64,000 bases of DNA from an uncultured bacterium (GCA_900550295.1 URRM01000001.1:3817-67816), one strand, 5' to 3'. Positions 50,070 to 60,504 are shown, numbered from the stretch's first letter. Translations and numbers: made by a program. Notes: a model not told the origin generated them from the sequence alone.

Positions 50070-51710
50070 CTATAAAACTCTTTGTTCTTTTACTCTGTCA
50101 TCAACATTAACTTCGTAGTTTTTGCCTTTAATGTTTGCTCTAAAGAAATCATCATAGTTTTTGTTGATTGATTCAAAGTTGTCTTTTACTTCTTTAAAAT
50201 CTTTTTTAGATAAGATTTTATTTGATAAAATCACTTTATAATCTTTATTTAAATCAATATTTTCGAATTTACCTGTTTCTTGGTTTCTGCATTTTACAGC
50301 ATCTGCATAAGAATTTTTGCTTTCGCCTTTAGCAATTTGTTCAATCATTGTTCTGTTTACTTGAAAATCAGACCATTGAATTAATGTATTTCTTGTTGGG
50401 GCTTCTAAGTTTGATTTTACATTCTTAGAAATAATATCAACTAATTGATTACCTTTAACGTTACCAACGTTCAAGTTTTGAGATTCAACGTCAATACCAT
50501 CAAATATTTTTAATAAGTTCAAGTTAGTAGAACCTTCTTTAATTCCGCCTCTTACATAAGAAGATTGTAAAGCAACTGATGCTAAATCAGGAATTTCTTT
50601 TCTTGCTTCTTCTGCAACAGTTGAAGTTAAGAAGTTAGTTAATTCTGTATTAGCGTATCTGATTTTATCTGAATATTCCAATTCTGATGCACCATGCATT
50701 TTAACTAATGGTTTAACATCTTCTTCAAAGTTTTTATCTAAGAAAGTTTTAACCTCTTTATCCGGTGCAGAATTTTCTGTAATGTACATATTGTAACCTA
50801 CATCTTCTAAATCACCATCATCATTGAATCTAAAGTTTACTGATTTAATAATTTCATTATCTTTACCTAAAGAGTTAATAATTGTTCCACCTTGTTCCGC
50901 ATTATCTCTTGTATGGTCATGACCGTTCAAAATAACATTAATATTTGGAACATTTTTTTGAATCATTTTAGAAATTGGAGCACCCATATGAGAAAGCAAA
51001 ACTACAGCACCTTTTGGATGTTTTTCTTTAAACGCTTCAACTTCTTTATTCAAAACAGCAAAAGTACCTTGTAAATCATCTTCTGTTAATTGAGTATCCT
51101 TTTTATTGCAGTTATCATACAATTCTGTCTTAGTTAATTTACCTTTTAAGCTTGGAATTGTAACACCCACAAACATTACATCATGTTTAAGATTCGGATT
51201 TTTATCATCTTGAACTTCATAAACTTGTGAAGTTACAATATTTTTATGATTTTTCATCAAACCTGTTACCAATGGAGATTTTTCTAAATCAACATTAGTT
51301 ACAAGAGTTTTAACAGGTTCATCTTTTAATTTATTGAATACAAATTCGTCACCGCCGTCATAACAGTGGTTTCCTAAAGAATAAACTGTATCAAAATTAT
51401 TTTTAACTATACCTTTCACAGTATTAACAACTTTTTGTAAGAAGTTTGCTTGAATATCACCATTTGAAAGTTCAGGTTTTGTCATGTAACCTTTTTTATG
51501 AGGGTTCATAAAGAAATCACCTGCAATTGCAAACATATTCAAAGTTGATTTTTCATCAGCTTTTTTAAAGATATCGCCTTTATTTTTATCAATAGTTCCA
51601 ACCAATTGAGGCAAGTTTTGAACGTTGCCATGATTATCTGACATAGCCACAATATTTACTTGAGCGGCTTTAAAACCTACTTGAGGGTAATTAAAATTAG
51701 TTAATTTCAT
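50070..51710 (-). CDS. Metallophosphoesterase / 5'-nucleotidase family protein (UshA-like)
   Basis: Calcineurin-like motifs MSDNHGN, IAGDFF, GNHCYDGG, LLSHMG, ILNGHDHT, plus a C-terminal substrate-binding domain. 546 aa. Confidence 0.75.
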   Translation of the reverse strand: MKLTNFNYPQVGFKAAQVNIVAMSDNHGNVQNLPQLVGTIDKNKGDIFKKADEKSTLNMFAIAGDFFMNPHKKGYMTKPELSNGDIQANFLQKVVNTVKGIVKNNFDTVYSLGNHCYDGGDEFVFNKLKDEPVKTLVTNVDLEKSPLVTGLMKNHKNIVTSQVYEVQDDKNPNLKHDVMFVGVTIPSLKGKLTKTELYDNCNKKDTQLTEDDLQGTFAVLNKEVEAFKEKHPKGAVVLLSHMGAPISKMIQKNVPNINVILNGHDHTRDNAEQGGTIINSLGKDNEIIKSVNFRFNDDGDLEDVGYNMYITENSAPDKEVKTFLDKNFEEDVKPLVKMHGASELEYSDKIRYANTELTNFLTSTVAEEARKEIPDLASVALQSSYVRGGIKEGSTNLNLLKIFDGIDVESQNLNVGNVKGNQLVDIISKNVKSNLEAPTRNTLIQWSDFQVNRTMIEQIAKGESKNSYADAVKCRNQETGKFENIDLNKDYKVILSNKILSKKDFKEVKDNFESINKNYDDFFRANIKGKNYEVNVDDRVKEQRVL

Positions 51711-52084
51711 CTACACACACCTATAAATTCTTATGCCCTTATAAAACATGTGAAGAAAAAAAATTGCCCCAAAACCATGATTCTACTGGATTTTTATACT
51801 TGATTGTAAAGATATGTAACAACATTGTTCAAAAGCCTAAAGTTTCTCACGAGTTATGACGATATATAAAATGCAAGTTACAAAGGGATATGTTAAAACA
51901 AAAAAACATATAATGGTGTCTAAAAACAAATTTAATAGAGAAAATTAAAATGACTTGGGATATATATTTTAGTTTTATATTTTGATTTTCTATAACAAAG
52001 ATTTTTTAACGATGCTATTCGCATTAACGAATAACATTAGTGTTTATTAAAATTTCCTTATTTCCTTCCCTATATACAAATTTT

Positions 52085-52118
52085 CATGCCGTTTCTTTCG
52101 AAACGGCTTTTTATTTTT
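52085..52118 (+). terminator. Orphan rho-independent terminator (GCCGTTTC-TTTCG-AAACGGC + TTTTTATTTTT) with no upstream plus-strand gene
   Basis: Read directly. Both flanking genes are on the minus strand. Implies an unannotated plus-strand transcript (sRNA?) in the 650-nt spacer. Confidence 0.6.
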
Positions 52119-52357
52119 AAATTGAAATCAGGTTACTTACAAGAAGTATTTATCGTCCAATTCAAAACTTTACCATTTAGACATTTTCCGGTTTTACTTT
52201 GTCCAAATGTTGTATATGGAACACAAGTTTTTTCATTAAGCATATTCTATACTTCTTTTACTAATTAACTATTTTTATTAGTAAATTTGTCATCGAATTA
52301 CTTGACATATACAAGGATTACATTGGTATTATTATCAACCATTTAAAAATCTATCTT

Positions 52358-53716
52358 CTAAGCATGTTTTCGTTTATTTTTTAGAATCTTCAATAAGCTT
52401 ATTTTATATCCGCTAAACAATACCACTGTCGCACCAAGCCAAGCAGCAGGCGTTGCAAAACAAATACCCAAAAATCCAAACTTAAATCCAAAAGCAAACG
52501 CAAAAACGGTTCTCATAATTAATTCAGTAGTGCCTGAAATTAGAGGAACAACAACCTGTCCCATACCTTGCAAGACATTTCTGTAAAGCAACAACAAACC
52601 CAAGAAGATAAAGAATATCATTATAATATGCAAGTACATTGTACCCAACTTTATAACTTCTTCATTTGCTTCACTCATAAACATTTGAATTAAATTTTGA
52701 GAGAAGAAAGTTAAAACAACAACTGCAAAAATTGTTACTGTAATAACAATACCCAGTGCAGATTTTGCACCTTGCTTAATTCTTGCCATTTTATTTGCAC
52801 CAAAATTTTGCGCTGTAAATGTTGCCATTGTTGCCCCCAAAGCAACAAAAACTTGTGAAAATATTTGATCAACTCTCATTGCTGTTGTATACGCAGCAAC
52901 TGCAATTGAACCTAATCCATTTAAAACATATTGCAAAGCCAAAATACCCAGAGTCAAAATTGACATTTGAAATCCCATTGGAATACCAATTCTTAAATGC
53001 TCCAACATAAAATCTTTATCAATTTTCCAATCGCCTTTTTTAAGATGTAATATTGAAAACTTCCAAAACATAAAGCTTACACACAAAATTGTTGCAACAA
53101 ATTGCGCTAAAACTGTTGCACAGCCTGCACCAGCTACACCCATTTTGAATTTTACAACAAATAATAATGCCAAAAAGATATTCAAAATTGATGAGAAAAT
53201 CAAGAAATAAAGTGGAGTTTTGCTATCTCCTAGCGCTCTAATTACATTTGAAGACAAATTGTAAAAAACTGTTGCAAAAATCCCCGCAAACATAATAAAC
53301 AAATATATATTCGCCATATCAATAATGTCAGATGGAGTTCTTAGAAAAGACAACATTTGATATGTAAAAGGTGTTGAAACCAAAGTCATAAGTAACATTA
53401 AACCACCTGACAAATAAACCGAGGTAGTAAATGATTTACGCACCATATCATAATCTCTTGCACCAAATCTTTGCGCTAAAACAACCGTAAATCCTTGAGT
53501 TGATGCAAAAATAAAACTAATAACAAAGAATATTAATGGTGCTGTCGTTCCAACTGCAGCAAGTGCCTTAATTCCGACATAACGACCAACAATTATTGCA
53601 TCTGCAAAGTTATACAACTGTTGAAATAAATTGCCTATAAAAATAGGAAACATAAATTCCAAAATTAATTTTAAAGGTTGACCGCTTGTTAACTCTTTTG
53701 TTGCCATTTCATACAC
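52358..53716 (-). CDS. MATE-family efflux transporter
   Basis: 452 aa, 12 TM helices, MATE N-terminal pattern (..LILEFMFPIFIGNLFQQLYNFADAIIVGRYVG..). Confidence 0.8.
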   Translation of the reverse strand: MYEMATKELTSGQPLKLILEFMFPIFIGNLFQQLYNFADAIIVGRYVGIKALAAVGTTAPLIFFVISFIFASTQGFTVVLAQRFGARDYDMVRKSFTTSVYLSGGLMLLMTLVSTPFTYQMLSFLRTPSDIIDMANIYLFIMFAGIFATVFYNLSSNVIRALGDSKTPLYFLIFSSILNIFLALLFVVKFKMGVAGAGCATVLAQFVATILCVSFMFWKFSILHLKKGDWKIDKDFMLEHLRIGIPMGFQMSILTLGILALQYVLNGLGSIAVAAYTTAMRVDQIFSQVFVALGATMATFTAQNFGANKMARIKQGAKSALGIVITVTIFAVVVLTFFSQNLIQMFMSEANEEVIKLGTMYLHIIMIFFIFLGLLLLYRNVLQGMGQVVVPLISGTTELIMRTVFAFAFGFKFGFLGICFATPAAWLGATVVLFSGYKISLLKILKNKRKHA

Positions 53717-53878
53717 CCTTTTGTAAACTGCTCGACAAATTTATCCAACCACATTTTGTCATTTTCTATATTTCTTAACCATATACTAGCACAAATTTGT
53801 AAATAAATTGATTTAACAGTTTAAACATGTTAAAATTTTACTTAAAATAGGCTTTATTAGAGAATTACAGAAGTATAA

Positions 53879-55228
53879 ATGACTCAAAATTATAACAACT
53901 ATAAAAATCACCAAAATCCAAATAATAAAAATCCAATGCAAACAATTGCGTTAATCATTCTTGCAACAATTGCAATATTTGGATATCAAATACGTGGAGT
54001 TATAAAACCACATTTTAACACCGCAGACAAAAATATTGAAAACTCTTCGATACAAGAAAAAAACGATTACTCAATAACTGATTTAGAAGAAATTGAATTA
54101 ACAGATGAAGATTCTGATGACGACACCAAAACCTCAACAAAAAATGATTTTAGTTTAGTAAATTCCTCAAACAACCCTAATGGAAATTATCTGCATAATG
54201 CCATTGATAGTTCAGGTCAAATTCACAAGTGGACTAAAAAAGGTATAGCGGTTTGGGTTGAAAATTCAAGTTATCAAACTACAATTTATCAAGCATTTGC
54301 AAAGTATAACAAGACTTTCCCTGAACTTTTCAAGTTTATGATTACACAAGATAGAAAAAAAGCCGACATTACAGTAACTATGGTAAACAGACTTGAACAT
54401 TCAAACGGTGGAGAATATTACAAACAAGGAAGCACTAACTTAAATTACAACCAAAAAGGTGAGATTAATACCGCAAACATAAGTTTATTACCATTAGACA
54501 ACAAGGGTAATTATATTTCTAAAAGCCAAATGTATTCAGTCATTTTACACGAAATAGGTCACGCCGTAGGTATTACAGGACATAGTCAAGATAAACACGA
54601 CGTTATGTATGGATTTAGATCTTCAAGCGAATTCAGTACAAAAGACATTGAAACTATTCGATTAATGTACTCAAAAAACAAAGAAGAAGTTTCAAGCGCA
54701 AAAATTGGTTTCGAATCATCAAAACTTCAAGAAGCACTTAGTTACGCTCGAAAACTACCAAACAAAACGACCTCTTGGATTCAATTAGGACAAGTTTATT
54801 ACGATCTGGGACAACTGAACGAAGCATTAGAAGCATATAAAAAAGCATTAACCATTGATCCGACAGATTCTGATGTTTATCGTTCTATGGCGCAATGTTA
54901 CTATATGTCTAAAAAATACGAAACAGCCATTAAATATTTTAAATACGCAAAACAGTATTCTAACAATGACATTGATACAAGTTTAATAGATGAAAACATC
55001 GGAATCTGTTATCACAAATTGAATCAATTCAATGAGGCATATCCTTATTTAAAAAGCGCATTTGAGGCAAATCCTAAAATTAAAGGAAACCTTTATAACT
55101 TTATTTCTGTTTGCGCAAATTTAGACAAAAAGGAAGATGCAAAAATTGCAATAGAAAAATACAAAAATGCCGGCAATGACATATCAAATGATGAAATGAT
55201 TCAAGTTGCATTAAAATGGATAAAATAA
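53879..55228 (+). CDS. Membrane-anchored metzincin-like zinc metalloprotease domain fused to TPR repeats
   Basis: N-terminal TM helix. Metzincin motif HEIGHAVGITGH (HExxHxxGxxH) with downstream Met-turn-like VMYG. The C-terminal 170 aa are TPR repeats. Confidence 0.6.
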   Translation: MTQNYNNYKNHQNPNNKNPMQTIALIILATIAIFGYQIRGVIKPHFNTADKNIENSSIQEKNDYSITDLEEIELTDEDSDDDTKTSTKNDFSLVNSSNNPNGNYLHNAIDSSGQIHKWTKKGIAVWVENSSYQTTIYQAFAKYNKTFPELFKFMITQDRKKADITVTMVNRLEHSNGGEYYKQGSTNLNYNQKGEINTANISLLPLDNKGNYISKSQMYSVILHEIGHAVGITGHSQDKHDVMYGFRSSSEFSTKDIETIRLMYSKNKEEVSSAKIGFESSKLQEALSYARKLPNKTTSWIQLGQVYYDLGQLNEALEAYKKALTIDPTDSDVYRSMAQCYYMSKKYETAIKYFKYAKQYSNNDIDTSLIDENIGICYHKLNQFNEAYPYLKSAFEANPKIKGNLYNFISVCANLDKKEDAKIAIEKYKNAGNDISNDEMIQVALKWIK

Positions 55229-55284
55229 AAGGATTGAATTTTAAAAAACTCAACCCTTTCATAAAATCATTTTAATTCTTTGAA

Positions 55285-55941
55285 TTATCTAACATTGCTA
55301 TCATTTGGATTTTTGCTTCTTTCGACTTGGTCATCATCAACCACCATAATCAAAGCTGCAACATCAGCAAAATCTTTTGGTAATTTATTTTCGTCGATTC
55401 CATCAGAAAAACCAAATATTTTTTTATCAAATTTTACGTTAACTTTTTGGTCGCCGTAAGTACCTTTCATAATTCTGTCGCCGTCATCTAAAACTGCATT
55501 TTCCTTTGCATATTCAACGCTAAAAGATTTACCTCTGTATGTGCCTTTGTATATCTTTTTATCACTTACAGAAAGTGCTTTTTCTTTTGATTTCATGCTA
55601 AATTTTTCGTTGCCAATTTTACCTGAAAATGTTTTTTCATTAGTAAATGAAACTATTTTGTTGCGTTCTTCAACATCAACTTTTTTATCACCAATATTAC
55701 CGATGATTTGATAACCTCTTTCTATAATATTATTTCTTCTTCTTAGGTTAAAATCTTGTCCTGCAATGTTACCTTTATAACTTTTAATAACAGTTCTTCT
55801 AATTTTACCTTGAGTTTCAAGAGATTCTGATGTAGAAGCACCAAAAAGCATAATCTCTTCGGGCTTTTGCTCTGCTTTTTCGGCTGAAGATAAGTTTGCA
55901 TTTTGAATATTGCCTAATCCGTTTACATTCATATCTGTCAT
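55285..55941 (-). CDS. Repeat protein, paralogue B (G-x-I-G-x-x-x-F repeat family, unassigned)
   Basis: Begins MTDMNVN like its upstream paralogue. Shared C-terminal block IYKGTYRGKSFSVEY..DDGDRIMKGTYGDQKVNVKF..LPKDFADVAALIMV. Confidence 0.6.
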   Translation of the reverse strand: MTDMNVNGLGNIQNANLSSAEKAEQKPEEIMLFGASTSESLETQGKIRRTVIKSYKGNIAGQDFNLRRRNNIIERGYQIIGNIGDKKVDVEERNKIVSFTNEKTFSGKIGNEKFSMKSKEKALSVSDKKIYKGTYRGKSFSVEYAKENAVLDDGDRIMKGTYGDQKVNVKFDKKIFGFSDGIDENKLPKDFADVAALIMVVDDDQVERSKNPNDSNVR

Positions 55942-55952
55942 AATTATTTCTC

Positions 55953-57248
55953 CTATTTATTTCTACCTGATTTTTCAAGTTCTGTTTGTGCAACAAAAAT
56001 AAATGATGCAACATTTGCAAAATCTTTCGGCAGGGCTTTTACTTTTAATCTGTCATTATCTGTTAATTTCGCAGGACGTTTTTTGATATCAACTCTTTGT
56101 CCGCCAAAATAGCCCCTAATAACTCTGTCACCATCATCTTTTTCAATGTTATCTCTACCAACTTCTACTTGGAAAGATTTACCTTTATATTTACCTTCGT
56201 AAATTACACGGTCAGCATTTGAAAATTCTTTTGATTTAGATTCCATTTCAAAATCATCATAGCCAATTTTACCAAAATAATGGTTTAAACTATTCATTGT
56301 AAATTGAGTTTCACGTTCTTCAATATCAACGTCTTGTCTTCCAATTCTGCCTAAATATTGACTTCCAGAATCGAACTCATTTTCACGTTTATACATTTTG
56401 AAGTTATTAGAACCGATTTTGCCGTGATAACCTTGTTTATCACCAAAAACAGTTGCTTCTCTAAAACCACCATAAGTTTCAACCATTATGGCTGCTTTAT
56501 TATGTGAATATTTACGACTGTCAATTTCATTTTCAGCATGTAGTTCACGTTGCTTTCTATAAGACTTATCTGTTTCTTGAGTTCTACTCTTACTTCTTTC
56601 AGAAGTGTAGACAAAATCTTTATCCGTTTTATCTTTTTCGTCCATATTATAATTTGAACTATCAAATTTTTCACGCTCGTTTTCTAGTGAATTATATTCT
56701 TTAGTACTAAAGCCAATATAATTCTTTACAGGTTTAGGATCTGTAGCATAATTATAAGATTTTGGATTTTCAGCAGATTTTTGTTTGTTAGACAAAGATT
56801 CTTTAGATTGTTTTGGTTTTCCTATTGTGTCGTCTTTTTGATATTTTTCTAAAACCTCTCGTTTTATTTGCTCTGCAGTTTTTCCTTTTACATTAATTTT
56901 ATATTTTTCAATGTATTCTGAATAATTTCTTATTACCTTTTGACGTTCTTCTTCAGCTTTTTCTTTAGCCTCTAATGTTGTTTTATAATTTGCTCTTTGT
57001 TTTTGTTCCTTGTTTAATTTTTCAGCTTCTTGTTTTTCGGCTTTTGTCATTTCAAAAGCAGGTTTGTTTGAAGCATTATCTAATTTTTTATTTTGTTTTT
57101 CTAGCTCACCAATAACAGTTGGCATTTTATAATTATTATCAAAAATACTACCTGATTGTTTAGACGAATTCTCACCGTTTAAATATCTTGGAACCTTATT
57201 GTTATCATTTTTTTGAGACTTATTTACTTCATTTACGTTTATATCCAT
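55953..57248 (-). CDS. Repeat protein, paralogue A (K/E-rich N-terminal half, G-x-I-G repeat C-terminal half)
   Basis: Begins MDINVN. C-terminus IYEGKYKGKSFQVEV..DDGDRVIRGYFGGQRVDIKK..LPKDFANVASFIFV is collinear with paralogue B. No signal peptide. Confidence 0.6.
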   Translation of the reverse strand: MDINVNEVNKSQKNDNNKVPRYLNGENSSKQSGSIFDNNYKMPTVIGELEKQNKKLDNASNKPAFEMTKAEKQEAEKLNKEQKQRANYKTTLEAKEKAEEERQKVIRNYSEYIEKYKINVKGKTAEQIKREVLEKYQKDDTIGKPKQSKESLSNKQKSAENPKSYNYATDPKPVKNYIGFSTKEYNSLENEREKFDSSNYNMDEKDKTDKDFVYTSERSKSRTQETDKSYRKQRELHAENEIDSRKYSHNKAAIMVETYGGFREATVFGDKQGYHGKIGSNNFKMYKRENEFDSGSQYLGRIGRQDVDIEERETQFTMNSLNHYFGKIGYDDFEMESKSKEFSNADRVIYEGKYKGKSFQVEVGRDNIEKDDGDRVIRGYFGGQRVDIKKRPAKLTDNDRLKVKALPKDFANVASFIFVAQTELEKSGRNK

Positions 57249-57262
57249 AAGTCACTCCTCTC

Positions 57263-58948
57263 TTAATGATTTACTGTTTTGTTAATTCTTTCACAGAAAG
57301 CTTCTGCTGTAAGTGGTTTGCCTGTAACTTCTTTTAGAATTTCATCATCTTCTTTTGAACCGCCATATTGGAAAATATGTTCATCCAAATATTTTGCAGT
57401 GTCTTTATTTTCAGTCAAATTACCAAACTTTTTAGTTAAGCCGTCATATAATTGAGCCTTTATTAATGATGCTCTAAAGTAGTTTTGATAATACGCTGGG
57501 TGTGATAAGAAGTGAGGAATTGTTGCCCATTCATTTGTAGCTTCATCTTGTTCACTTCTGCCTTTATATTTTACACTCATATCCTTCCAAAGTTGTTTTA
57601 AATCTTGATCAGGATTTTTATACATATTTCGTTCAAAATCAATTATCGCCATACTTGAACCAACAAATTTTGAATCTTCTTCTGCCGCAGATTTTTGGAA
57701 TTTTGCAAAAGTTTCAGGTGAAACTTTATCCTTGATAAGACTTTCTGTTCTTGGCATATCACCCATCATCATTGCAACAGCCTCAGTCATTGTGCTTGTT
57801 GTATCTTGTTCCATATATGGTAAGTTTGGATTTGTTTTTACAGTAAACACTGAATGTCCTAATTCGTGCATTAAAGTATCGATACTTGAAACATTATTAG
57901 TTAAATTTGCCAAAATTCTCGCATCTTTTCCTGCTTCGATTGGGAAAGAGAACCCGTGAGTATTTTTGTTTTCTCTTGGGAATAAATCCAATTTAATCGG
58001 AAGTTTGTCAACGTCATATCCCATGCCGGCATACGCTTTTTTAGAAATGTCAACTACTTCTTCTTTTGATTTTATTTCATCATTAACAAGTTTTTCAGGG
58101 TTATCACCCGCCAAATACCCAAAGTGATAACTTCTCAAATCTTCCGGAGCAACTCCAAAAGCTTTTGATAAATCAGCTTTTACACTGTCCATTACTTTTT
58201 TATTTGATTCTTTTGTATTATTGGCAACATCTGTCAATAGTTTGTCTAATTCTTTTGGTTTAATGTCATAATTTTCTTCTAACATATAGTCAAAATAATT
58301 GTCATAACCTTTTTTCTTAGCAAAATCATTTCTCATTTTTACTAATTCAACAAGGTCCTCCGCAATCAAATCACCTGACTTAATTTTTGCATCTGCAGCT
58401 TTTTTGCGAACTTCCGGATTCTTTTCAGTTTCCATAATCTTTGAAATTTCTGCTTTAGAAACTGGTTTTCCGTCTATTGACATTTGATATGAATTAAGTT
58501 TTTGAGAAATTTCATTCTCTTTAGTACTCATTGCCTTTAATTCTTCTTTAAATTCAATACCGTCACCGAATGCGCTAGTTAAATTACGAAGTTGTTTTTG
58601 TAATTTTTTATCACTTACACCACCTGCATCATTGATATCTTTAAGTTTTGCGTAAGTTTCTTTATTGTCATAAAAATTATCAGCCTTATCTTGAGCTGCA
58701 TTCATTTTATCCATATTTTCAGGAGTGCTTTCTGTATAAAAATCCCAACATGCAGATTCAACACCTGACATAATAGGTTTCATTTCTTTAGAAATTTCTT
58801 CTCTTAATGCAACAAATTTTTGCTCGTTATCCTTAATGTTGTGAGAAAAACTAACACTATCTAACGGCATTGGTTTTGTTTTTTGAATATTATTGCTACT
58901 ATTTGTTTTTTTGATTTTAAAATGTGGTATTAAGTTTTGAATTTTCAT
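57263..58948 (-). CDS. Zinc metallopeptidase, neurolysin-like fold, ACE-like (M2-type) motif spacing
   Basis: HELGH followed 23 residues later by TEAVAMMMGD, reproducing the M2 HEMGH-x23-EAIGD spacing. 561 aa. 14-nt gap to the downstream repeat-protein gene. Confidence 0.55.
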   Translation of the reverse strand: MKIQNLIPHFKIKKTNSSNNIQKTKPMPLDSVSFSHNIKDNEQKFVALREEISKEMKPIMSGVESACWDFYTESTPENMDKMNAAQDKADNFYDNKETYAKLKDINDAGGVSDKKLQKQLRNLTSAFGDGIEFKEELKAMSTKENEISQKLNSYQMSIDGKPVSKAEISKIMETEKNPEVRKKAADAKIKSGDLIAEDLVELVKMRNDFAKKKGYDNYFDYMLEENYDIKPKELDKLLTDVANNTKESNKKVMDSVKADLSKAFGVAPEDLRSYHFGYLAGDNPEKLVNDEIKSKEEVVDISKKAYAGMGYDVDKLPIKLDLFPRENKNTHGFSFPIEAGKDARILANLTNNVSSIDTLMHELGHSVFTVKTNPNLPYMEQDTTSTMTEAVAMMMGDMPRTESLIKDKVSPETFAKFQKSAAEEDSKFVGSSMAIIDFERNMYKNPDQDLKQLWKDMSVKYKGRSEQDEATNEWATIPHFLSHPAYYQNYFRASLIKAQLYDGLTKKFGNLTENKDTAKYLDEHIFQYGGSKEDDEILKEVTGKPLTAEAFCERINKTVNH

Positions 58949-59051
58949 TTATTTTCCCTTTTTTATGCTTCTTATTTATAGCTTAAAAGCAGTAAAAATA
59001 TTTTTTGCTAACAAGTTTCTACCGCTGTAACAAAATTTTACTAAGAGTATT

Positions 59052-59549
59052 TTAAATATCCATATGTAGGTATTTTTTCATAATTAATTTCTTTAAAGCT
59101 TTTGAATATGGTGATTGCGGTTGGATAGCCAAAACCTTATCTAATGACACAATAGCACTTTCATACAAACCTAATTTCATTTTTACTATTGCTAAGTAGT
59201 AGTATGCATCTATAAATTTGTCATCTAATTCGGTAGCTTTTTCCAAATCTGTCTTAGCTTCTTTTAATTCCTCTTCAGACGGATTATCAAATGCTAAAAT
59301 AGTTTGCGCTCTGTTATAATAAGCATCTACCATTTTTTCATCAATTTTGATTGCATGTCCATAATTTTCATATGCTGCACGTAGTTGTTTCAAATTGTGA
59401 TGTGCAATAGCTTTTGAAAAATGAGTCAAAGCGTGATCAGGTTTTAGCTCTAAAGATTTTTCTAAATCCTTCAAAGCTTCTTCAAACTTACCTTCGTTTG
59501 TCTTTTTTATTCCTTCTTCTAAATAATATTTATAATCTTTGTCAGTCAT
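59052..59549 (-). CDS. TPR-repeat protein
   Basis: Four TPR-like units (AxxxYxxA patterns). 165 aa. Confidence 0.6.
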   Translation of the reverse strand: MTDKDYKYYLEEGIKKTNEGKFEEALKDLEKSLELKPDHALTHFSKAIAHHNLKQLRAAYENYGHAIKIDEKMVDAYYNRAQTILAFDNPSEEELKEAKTDLEKATELDDKFIDAYYYLAIVKMKLGLYESAIVSLDKVLAIQPQSPYSKALKKLIMKKYLHMDI

Positions 59550-59623
59550 AACTATATCCTCATAAATCGGTTAACATGTTTATTATATAATAAATACGTA
59601 ATAAAACATTCCAGAGGTGAATT

Positions 59624-60427
59624 TTGGCAGGTATTTTAAACATTCAATTAAAATCATTATTAGGAGATAAAGAAACCAACTTAAAAAAAGTTGAACATTA
59701 CATAAAGTTCAACAAGGATAAAAATTTAGACCTTGTTATTGTACCGGAATTTTTTACAACAAGTATTGCATACAAAGATACTCCGGAAGATGAAAATGGT
59801 GGAAAAGTAATCAAAACAATGCAAAGACTTGCAAAAGAATACAATACAAATATTGTTGCAGGTAGTATTGTTAGAAAAATCGGAGATAGACTTTATAACT
59901 CAACTTTTGCGATTAATAGAATAGGTGAAATTATTGAAGTTTACGACAAAATTCATTTATACAATTATATGGGTGGAACCGAAGGACAAAGAATCACAGC
60001 CGGAACTGAAATGAAAATTGCACACTTTGACTTTGCAAAAGTAGGTCTAACAATTTGCTATGATATGAGATATCCGGTATTTATTAATGAGATGATGAAA
60101 AAAGGTGTTCAAATTATTGCAATGCCTACAGCATGGCTTGTACCAAATGAAGTTTATAACGAAGAAGAAACACGAAAATATGCACAAGAAATGTTTATTT
60201 CTATGTGTAGAACAAGAGCCTATGACAACGCTTTATTCTTAATTGTAAGCAACCAAACAAAACAAATTTCTGATGCATTTTGCGGAATTGGTAACTCAAT
60301 GATAATATCACCAACTTCACAGGTTATTGCAAATGCTGAAGATAGAGAATGCGCAATTTATGCTGATATTGATGTTCAAGAAGCAAAATATATGAAACAA
60401 CTTTTTCCTGTAGATAAAATAGATTAG
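59624..60427 (+). CDS. Carbon-nitrogen hydrolase (nitrilase superfamily) protein
   Basis: E-K-C triad context: VPEFF (Glu), YDKIHLY (Lys), GLTICYDMRYP (Cys). 267 aa. Confidence 0.75.
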   Translation: MAGILNIQLKSLLGDKETNLKKVEHYIKFNKDKNLDLVIVPEFFTTSIAYKDTPEDENGGKVIKTMQRLAKEYNTNIVAGSIVRKIGDRLYNSTFAINRIGEIIEVYDKIHLYNYMGGTEGQRITAGTEMKIAHFDFAKVGLTICYDMRYPVFINEMMKKGVQIIAMPTAWLVPNEVYNEEETRKYAQEMFISMCRTRAYDNALFLIVSNQTKQISDAFCGIGNSMIISPTSQVIANAEDRECAIYADIDVQEAKYMKQLFPVDKID

Positions 60428-60504
60428 ATTGGGTTATAAATATGATGTATTTTTTATTATGTTTATGATTTAATCTTTATACAAGAAAGGGTTTATATTT
60501 CGAC

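Noticed and set aside
52086-52268. Track ORF overlapping the orphan terminator
   Set aside because: It starts inside the terminator hairpin, has no RBS and has a low-complexity product. The terminator and upstream region are better explained as non-coding RNA.
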